A DNA stretch of 64,000 bases from a virus: IMG/VR virus record IMGVR_UViG_3300009702_000021, positions 1 through 64,000 of that record; one strand, written 5' to 3'. Position 1 is the first letter of the stretch; every line of letters begins with the position of its first letter. The position numbers and the translations under genes are program-made. Shown here in pieces: positions 58,242-64,000 of this stretch. The notes beneath the pieces are model-generated. The model did no database searches. It saw nothing but the letters and a program-made list of their open reading frames with translations, and was not told the origin of the DNA.

Positions 58242-58325
58242 GGTCCTGGTAGCTCAGTTGGTAGAGCGTATCCAGTGAAATATCTGGGTAAGGTGTCACG
58301 GGTTCGATCCCCGTCCAGGGCCACC
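58242..58325 (+). tRNA. non-canonical tRNA-like RNA (8-bp acceptor, 7-bp anticodon stem, 8-nt loop)
   Basis: GGTCCTGG/CCAGGGCC; canonical D and T arms; TATCCAG-TGAAATAT-CTGGGTA. Confidence 0.7.
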
Positions 58326-58379
58326 TCATACAAACGTCCTGTGGGTCCCGTAGCGGGTTCCGTGGCGGGTCGCAGGATA

Positions 58380-58415
58380 GATTCGGGACCCGGTCTCCCC
58401 GCCGGGTCCCGAATC
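58380..58415. other. 14-bp stem hairpin downstream of the tRNAs
   Basis: GATTCGGGACCCGG/CCGGGTCCCGAATC. Confidence 0.6.
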
Positions 58416-58449
58416 GCTTACACAGTCAGAGACGCATCCTGGAGGCTAC

Positions 58450-59106
58450 GTGGCAGGACGAGTCAGGAAGCGTAAGCAGCAGAAACTATATGTCGGAGTC
58501 GACCCGGGAAAAGAGGGGTTTATCTGCGCCGTTGACCACCGCTGTCACATCAGAGTCATGTGGTCGATTCCCTACGCCGGGAAGCAGATCGATGAGGTCC
58601 TGTTGGCGAAGATGATCATCGCGCTGGTCAAGTCCGGGGCCCAGGTGTTCTTCTTGGAGCACCAGCAGCCGCACGCGAAGGAAGGCGCGGTCGGGGCCCA
58701 CAGCGGTGGGACTGCCTACGGCGCCCTGAGGATGGCCTGTGCCATGGCCGGGATCCTGGGCAAGGTGCCCTACGAGATCCTCCGGCCGGAGGACTGGAAG
58801 CGCAGGGCGAAGATCCCGGTGCCATCCGTCCCGAAGGCTAAGCTGCCGCCGGAGCCGGAGAAGACTAAGAAGGCCGACCACCGACGCTGGAAGAAGGAGG
58901 TTGAGAAGATCAAGGCCAAGCGGAGCCGGGAGGTTAAGAAAAGGCGGAAGGCCCACAGTATCGCGATGGCCGAGCGCCTCCAGCCGCACTATGACTTCTA
59001 CAAGACCGCGAGGTCGAAGGGACCACACGACGGCAAGTGCGAATCGTTCTTGCTGGCGAGAGAGGCCTGGAAGCAGGCCCGAGGGATTAGAGACGATGCC
59101 ACCTAA
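58450..59106 (+). CDS. RuvC-like Holliday junction resolvase
   Basis: VGVDPG..G, FLE, P..WK and DG..ES.LLA motifs. Confidence 0.8.
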   Translation: MAGRVRKRKQQKLYVGVDPGKEGFICAVDHRCHIRVMWSIPYAGKQIDEVLLAKMIIALVKSGAQVFFLEHQQPHAKEGAVGAHSGGTAYGALRMACAMAGILGKVPYEILRPEDWKRRAKIPVPSVPKAKLPPEPEKTKKADHRRWKKEVEKIKAKRSREVKKRRKAHSIAMAERLQPHYDFYKTARSKGPHDGKCESFLLAREAWKQARGIRDDAT

Positions 59107-61339
59107 GACAAAGAAGAAGGCCAAGCGGAAGGCCAAGCCGACCGCGAAGAAGCAGCAGCGCGCCGCGGTCAAGAAGGCCGCCAAGCAGGACTCCGGCGGG
59201 ACCCTCGCAGAGCGCCGCGCGAAGATCCGGGAGCGCTATGACCGACAAGTAGTGGTCTACGCCGATGACCCGCCAGCAGAGTTTGCACCGATTGACTTCG
59301 TCATGCTTGCCCGGCTGCTCGGTGGAGGGATCAAGCAGGGTGCAGTGGTCGAGATCGCGGGCTGGGAGGACTCAGGGAAGATGCAGCACGTTGACGAGCC
59401 TGTCTTGACTCCGACTGGCTGGAAGAGGATCGGCGACCTCGTGATCGGCGACCTCGTGATCGGAGCGGACGGGAAGCCCACCCCCGTTGATGGCGTGTTC
59501 CCACAGGGGGTCCTCGAGTCCTACGAAGTGACGTTCTCAGACGGAGCGAAGACTGAGTGTGGAGACGAGCACCTGTGGCTCACCAGGACCATGCTGGACC
59601 GTGAGAGGGGCACTCCTGGCTCGGTGAAGACCCTCTCGGACATTCGTAGGACCATCAGGCGCGGCCGGAATCCCAACCACTCGATCCCCCTGGTGTCCCC
59701 GGTCGAGTTTGCGGTACCTCAAGACCTCCCGATTGACCCGTATACCCTGGGCCTCCTGATCGGGGACGGGAGCATCATCGGGTCCAGTGTCGTCCTCCAT
59801 AACCCAGAGAGGGATGTCGTCGATCGGTTTGAGTCAGGTCTCCCCTACGGTGACCTGACCAGCCCCTACGAGTCTCCAGGTAAGTGCCTGGCTACGAGAG
59901 TCAGGAGCCCAGTGATGTCTGCCTCGTCAGCTACGGCAGAGGCCCTGCGGGACCTGGGGCTAGCTGGGTGTCGCTCCTACGAGAAGTTCATTCCCGAACC
60001 CTATCGGTTCGCCTCGATTGAGGACCGTCGCAACCTGCTCCTTGGGCTCATGGACACGGACGGGACGGTCGACAAGCCGGGTCAGCCGTCGGTGTCCTAC
60101 TCGACATCATCGGAGCGTCTCGCGGACGACGTCGCCTTCCTGGTGCGTTCACTGGGTGGTATCGCCCGGACGACGAGCAGGATTCCGCGCTACAAGTACA
60201 GGGGCCTGCTCAAGAATGGCCGGAGGACCTATCGGATTTCGATTCAATTCCCCTGTGGGTGGTGCCCGGTGTCGAGCGAGAAGCACGTCTCTCGCTGGAG
60301 CCCACCGAGGCTGATCAAGCACCGGAGCATCGTCGGGGTCCGTGCTGTCGGGGCTAAGGAGAGTGTCTGCATCAGCGTTGCTGCACCTGACGGGCTCTAC
60401 GTGACTCGCGACTTTATCGTCACCCACAACACGTCTCTAGTGGTTGCTATCGCGGGGATGATCCAGCGCGCTGCACCGGAGGGTAAGAAGCACGTTGTCA
60501 TGGTCAACTTCGAGATCGTCGAGGACCGCGTCTGGTGGGCCACGCTCGGGCTCCAGACCGATGACGACCACTTCACCATGATCGCCAACGTCCCTCTCGA
60601 GGAGGGGATCGGGGCCCTCGCTGACCTGATCCGGTCCGGGGAGGTCTGCTGTGCCATCGTGGACTCGGTCTACGCCGCGTCATCACGGGCGAATGACGAG
60701 CTTCTCAACAACTGGGCGGACCCGAAGGGCAAGCAGGGTGGCGGAGGAGGGATCGGTGTCGAGGCCCGCCAGTGGGGCGTAGCCTGGACTGCCATGAAGG
60801 GCCTGTTCACCGAGTTCGGCGTGATCTGCCTGGCGGTCAATCAGGTCAGGATCAAGATCGAGATGGGAGGTGGGGGTAAGAAGTCGTATGGGCCTCCGCC
60901 GACCACGACGCCGCGGGGCAGCGCGCTCAAGTTCTACGCCTGGATTCGGCTCGAGCTGACCGGACGGCTCCTGGTCGACGACAAGAACAAGAAGCGCACC
61001 GACGTCGACGGCCGGCAGATCAGGATCCGGGTCATCAAGAACAAGACCTCGGGCGACCAGCGCGGGCTCTGCCACTACGACCTCATCCGCGGTCAGGGAT
61101 TCGACCTCACGAACGAGCTGATTGAGCTTGCCAAGGAGGCAGGTGCGATCCGTCAGAAGGGCGGCTGGTACTACATCGGGAAGGCCACCAAGGTCCAGGG
61201 CGCGGCGAAGCTGCGCGCGTGGGTCGAGGCCGAGCCCCGGCGCCGGGATGTCCTCCGGCAGGTCGTCAAGAGGTATCTGAGTAAGGTCGATGACGACGAG
61301 CTGTTTGAGGAGGTCAACCTCGATGCCGATGACGAGTAG
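59096..61339 (+). CDS. recA: RecA recombinase containing an intein
   Basis: LGGGI..G.VVEI.G.EDSGK|T, IVDSV, NQVR.KI, TP.G.ALKFYA and KNK motifs. Confidence 0.93.
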   Translation: MPPKTKKKAKRKAKPTAKKQQRAAVKKAAKQDSGGTLAERRAKIRERYDRQVVVYADDPPAEFAPIDFVMLARLLGGGIKQGAVVEIAGWEDSGKMQHVDEPVLTPTGWKRIGDLVIGDLVIGADGKPTPVDGVFPQGVLESYEVTFSDGAKTECGDEHLWLTRTMLDRERGTPGSVKTLSDIRRTIRRGRNPNHSIPLVSPVEFAVPQDLPIDPYTLGLLIGDGSIIGSSVVLHNPERDVVDRFESGLPYGDLTSPYESPGKCLATRVRSPVMSASSATAEALRDLGLAGCRSYEKFIPEPYRFASIEDRRNLLLGLMDTDGTVDKPGQPSVSYSTSSERLADDVAFLVRSLGGIARTTSRIPRYKYRGLLKNGRRTYRISIQFPCGWCPVSSEKHVSRWSPPRLIKHRSIVGVRAVGAKESVCISVAAPDGLYVTRDFIVTHNTSLVVAIAGMIQRAAPEGKKHVVMVNFEIVEDRVWWATLGLQTDDDHFTMIANVPLEEGIGALADLIRSGEVCCAIVDSVYAASSRANDELLNNWADPKGKQGGGGGIGVEARQWGVAWTAMKGLFTEFGVICLAVNQVRIKIEMGGGGKKSYGPPPTTTPRGSALKFYAWIRLELTGRLLVDDKNKKRTDVDGRQIRIRVIKNKTSGDQRGLCHYDLIRGQGFDLTNELIELAKEAGAIRQKGGWYYIGKATKVQGAAKLRAWVEAEPRRRDVLRQVVKRYLSKVDDDELFEEVNLDADDE
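59381..60430 (+). mobile_element. class 3 intein (350 aa) with a LAGLIDADG endonuclease, in the RecA P-loop
   Basis: Starts MQHVDEPVLTP.GW; EHLW; LGLLIGDG; LLGLMDTDG; VCISV; ends IVTHN|T. Confidence 0.92.
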
Positions 61340-61388
61340 GGCGCCGTCCTAGGCATTGAGGTTATAGGAACGGCAGTGGTAACCTCTA

Positions 61389-61679
61389 GTGGTGATTAGT
61401 CCGCACATCAGATTCGACGTCAGGATCAGCGCTCGCCTGTGGCGAAAGTGGCTGAAGGCCAACCCGCAATTTATCCAGGTCGGGAGGGCCCATGACCCGG
61501 ACCAGACTGAGGCGGCTGCGATCCTCGAATCGTTGTTGGCAACGATCCTGACGAGTGACCTACTGAAGGTACATCGCACTCCTCTAACCGATACGAGCAC
61601 GGCCCTCATGCTGGCGGTCGGTCACGTCGAGGTAACCGAGGAAGGCCTAGTCAAGGATCAGGATCCTGAGGAGAGCTAG
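61389..61679 (+). CDS. hypothetical protein
   Basis: Only plausible + strand ORF in this gap; weak SD. Confidence 0.45.
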   Translation: MVISPHIRFDVRISARLWRKWLKANPQFIQVGRAHDPDQTEAAAILESLLATILTSDLLKVHRTPLTDTSTALMLAVGHVEVTEEGLVKDQDPEES

Positions 61680-61716
61680 GTCGGGCTTGCGGTACCGCAA
61701 GCCCGACCTAGCTCTC
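61671..61716. repeat. 46-bp perfect palindrome centred on the 14-bp motif
   Basis: GAGAGCTAGGTCGGGCTTGCGGT|ACCGCAAGCCCGACCTAGCTCTC. Confidence 0.95.
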
Positions 61717-61878
61717 AGGCGTGAAGTCATCACGATGGTCAGGATTCAGCAGTGACCCTCCGCTCGGAGACCCACCGACATGGATGTTCTGGCTGGGAGT
61801 CACCATCGTCGTCGCCTACCTACTCATGGAGGCGCTGACCTAGCTGACCTGGCGGTATAGTCCCAGCAGGAGGAAGCA

Positions 61879-62348
61879 GTGACCGAACCGGCGTTTAGGT
61901 ACCCGCTGAAGGACAACACCTACCGGGTCATCGACGGAGACACAGTGTCCGTGCTGATAGACCGAGGGTGGGGAGACTGGCGGAAGGTCTCAGTCAGGAT
62001 CCTCGGTGTTGATGCCCCGGAGTCCAGGACCCGCAAGAACCTGCTCGAGCGCGAGGCCGGCGGGATGGTCACGACGTCGTCAAGGCCTGGCTCACAGAGA
62101 AGGTCGCGGCCTCCACGGCATCTCAGCTGTTCGCCTCGTCCGAGGAACGGCCCAAGTACTTCGGTCGGGTGATCGGTCGGCTCTGGGTCGATGACCTCAC
62201 GCTCGACGGCAGCGAGCTGTCTAGGTTCCTGATCGATGGCGCATTCGTCCGGCCATACAGCGGAGGAAGGCGGGGGGAGTGGTCGGCGGATACCCTGAGG
62301 TCGATCATCGAGAGTGCCAGGGATTATCTAGGTGAGTCAGATGGCTAA
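61879..62348 (+). pseudogene. thermonuclease (SNase-like) gene with a -1 frameshift near 62072
   Basis: RVIDGDT...RILGVDAPE in frame 0; KYFGRVIG...RPYSGG.R in the -1 frame, ending TAA 62346-62348. Confidence 0.75.
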
Positions 62349-62412
62349 AAACCCCCACCACCACTAGCTCTCGCTCCCATCTCCTGCGTTTAATAGAGAG
62401 CAGGAGACGAAG

Positions 62413-62745
62413 ATGAGAATGACTACCGTCATCCTCTGGGTTAACAACGCAGAGCAGCCGTACGATCACGGAGGCGTCGTCGAATACATCGATGGATACC
62501 TCGAGGCGACCTACGGTGAGGGGATGTTGACCCGCGTGGACCACCGCGGAGGAGGAGATGCTCGCGGCGAAGGCTACGTCTACCTGTTTACCGCCAGGGA
62601 CCTCGACGTTACGGAGTTCGTTGACGTGGTCCACAACGCGCCATGGAAGCACCAGGGCACGAGCACCCTGATGATCCACTGTCCCGGCTGGGACGCGCCT
62701 CACGTCTACGCCACCGGAGACCCGATCCCGCTGAGGCAGGCATGA
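62413..62745 (+). CDS. hypothetical protein
   Basis: SD AGGAG. Confidence 0.6.
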   Translation: MRMTTVILWVNNAEQPYDHGGVVEYIDGYLEATYGEGMLTRVDHRGGGDARGEGYVYLFTARDLDVTEFVDVVHNAPWKHQGTSTLMIHCPGWDAPHVYATGDPIPLRQA

Positions 62746-62806
62746 GCTACCTGAGGCTAGACGCCGCGGGCTACGACCTGAACATAGCCATGATCATGGT
62801 GTCCTG

Positions 62807-63853
62807 ATGTCTCACCTCCGAAAGGTCGGGATCAGGGCCTACCGGAGCATCACCAAGGCGAACCTCAGGCTCGGGGAGGTCACGGTGATCATCGGGCATT
62901 CAGATTGCGGAAAGTCGAATGTGGTCCGTGCGCTCCGGGACTGGGCGTTCAACGTCGCCGGGACCAGCTTCATCACCCTAGGACAGCAGCAGGCCAGGAT
63001 CGCCGTTGCAGTCGGAGAATCCTGCCGGGTCATGTTCGAGAAGTCGGTCAATAACAAGAAGGGCGCGAGCCGCTACGCAGTACAGGACGCCAGGACCGGC
63101 GAGAGCCACTCGTTTGAGAAGGTAGGACTCAACGTGCCCCCGGAGGTCCAGGACGTCACCGGGATCGGTGAGATGGACATCGACAAGGACACCCGGATCA
63201 GGATCCAGTTCGCGGAACAGGATGACCCTTGGTTCCTGCTGAGCAAGTCCTGGAGCCCCGGACGGGTAGCGAAGGTGGTAGGCAAGATCAGCGGTGTTGA
63301 CGCCCTGATCCTTGGACAGCGAGACGTCATGCTGGAGCGGAACAGCCAGCGCAAGGTCCTCAAGGACGCGACCGCCGTTGAGGAGTCGGCCCAGCAGGCG
63401 CTGGAGGGCCTCTCCTGGGCCCGAGAGGCCAGGGAGCGGTTAGACTCCGCCCTGGTAGTCGAACGACGCCTGACGGGCCGGAAACGAAGCCTGGCGACAT
63501 CCCAGCGCCACGTCGTCCACCTGAGGGGGCTCCGACTGCGCCAGGCAGCGGTCCAGGGGGTCTACGGGGCCCTGAAGCAGGTTTGCCTCGAGGTCGACGA
63601 GTCCGGTTACCTGGCCGACCTGGGCCGGCTCCGGGAGGCCACGGCGCGGCACCGGGAGGTCGAGCGGACCACGGAGCGCCTGGAGCGCGTCCGGGCCGAG
63701 CACGTTGCGGCGAAGGAGCAGCTTACCTACGCGGCGAAAGAGCTGAAGAAGGCAGCGCGGGCTGGAGGGACGGAGTGCCCGCTGTGCGGTCAGGGCTCCC
63801 ACCCGGGGTGCCTCGAGGGGCTCGCCCGCGAAGCCGAGGAGGCAGCACGGTGA
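62807..63853 (+). CDS. SbcC/Rad50-like ABC ATPase, N-terminal half (Walker A to Zn hook)
   Basis: GHSDCGKS Walker A, Q-loop (AEQ), coiled coil and a terminal CPLC. Confidence 0.8.
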   Translation: MSHLRKVGIRAYRSITKANLRLGEVTVIIGHSDCGKSNVVRALRDWAFNVAGTSFITLGQQQARIAVAVGESCRVMFEKSVNNKKGASRYAVQDARTGESHSFEKVGLNVPPEVQDVTGIGEMDIDKDTRIRIQFAEQDDPWFLLSKSWSPGRVAKVVGKISGVDALILGQRDVMLERNSQRKVLKDATAVEESAQQALEGLSWAREARERLDSALVVERRLTGRKRSLATSQRHVVHLRGLRLRQAAVQGVYGALKQVCLEVDESGYLADLGRLREATARHREVERTTERLERVRAEHVAAKEQLTYAAKELKKAARAGGTECPLCGQGSHPGCLEGLAREAEEAAR

Positions 63854-64000
63854 ACGACGCTCGACTGGCTGAGGTGATGAAGAATCTCACGGGGCGCGCA
63901 GAGCTACCAGGTGACCTGGTGCGGGTCGAGGACGGGGTGACACGGGACGAGCTTCGCCGGGCCCTAACGGACCTCGCGAATCTTCGCCGGGCCGACCGGA

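Larger units (their letters stand above)
6863..61700. repeat. dispersed 14-bp palindrome TTGCGGTACCGCAA (25 copies)
   Basis: Perfect at 6863, 11544, 12094, 18227, 21230, 25057, 27671, 33756, 36066, 37475, 40746, 46130, 49726, 50841, 57559, 61687; one mismatch at 8411, 15535, 17778, 29430, 43961, 49095, 53503, 56671, 59709. Confidence 0.97.

Noticed and set aside
58182-58475. 97-aa ORF
   Set aside because: Overlaps the two tRNA genes
58739-59095. N-terminal extension of the RecA ORF
   Set aside because: Shadow frame of the RuvC gene; the protein-like sequence starts at ATG 59096
59428-59463. 15-bp tandem repeat in the RecA intein
   Set aside because: Encodes IGDLVIGDLVIG, a fit to the normal intein I.DL..GD.V pattern; no separate function is evident
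6863-61700. Palindromes as a CRISPR array, REP/MITE family or terminators
   Set aside because: Copies are kb apart, share no flanks or target duplications, have no loop or U tract, and half lie within ORFs
1-64000. Genome-wide TAG reassignment
   Set aside because: TAG terminates many genes at sensible ends with coupled downstream starts; only dnaB has an internal TAG

Overview
A 64-kb segment of a large, GC-rich tailed phage (or prophage) with a contractile tail; essentially all real genes are on the + strand. Positions 1-31.1 kb hold virion genes: neck, sheath, T4 gp19-like tube, a -1-frameshifting tail chaperone, tape measure, a P2/CIS-type baseplate, a tail fibre, a 2OG oxygenase, an esterase and possible lysis genes. 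Positions 31.2-64 kb hold replication, recombination and early genes: SNF2 helicase, DnaE, DnaC-like, DnaB, primase Zn finger, AAA+/VWA pair, HNH, Ski2-like helicase, HTH, ECF-like sigma, ParB, SSB, HIRAN, tRNAs, RuvC, RecA, SNase and the N-half of SbcC. Four unexplained signals stand out. (1) A 14-bp palindrome, TTGCGGTACCGCAA, occurs 25 times (at most 1 mismatch), about every 2.3 kb, in intergenic gaps, in all three coding frames and inside inteins; the phage also encodes a ParB-family protein that could bind it. (2) Of five inteins, two are dual-coding and carry their endonuclease as a separate +1-frame gene with its own SD. (3) The tape measure gene has a 7-nt interruption (CTC-ATA-C-CTC) that looks like a rare-codon ribosomal hop, and the phage carries tRNA-Ile(UAU). 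(4) There is an in-frame amber codon in dnaB and two non-canonical tRNA-like RNAs. Products were called from motifs and synteny by eye; no database search was run.
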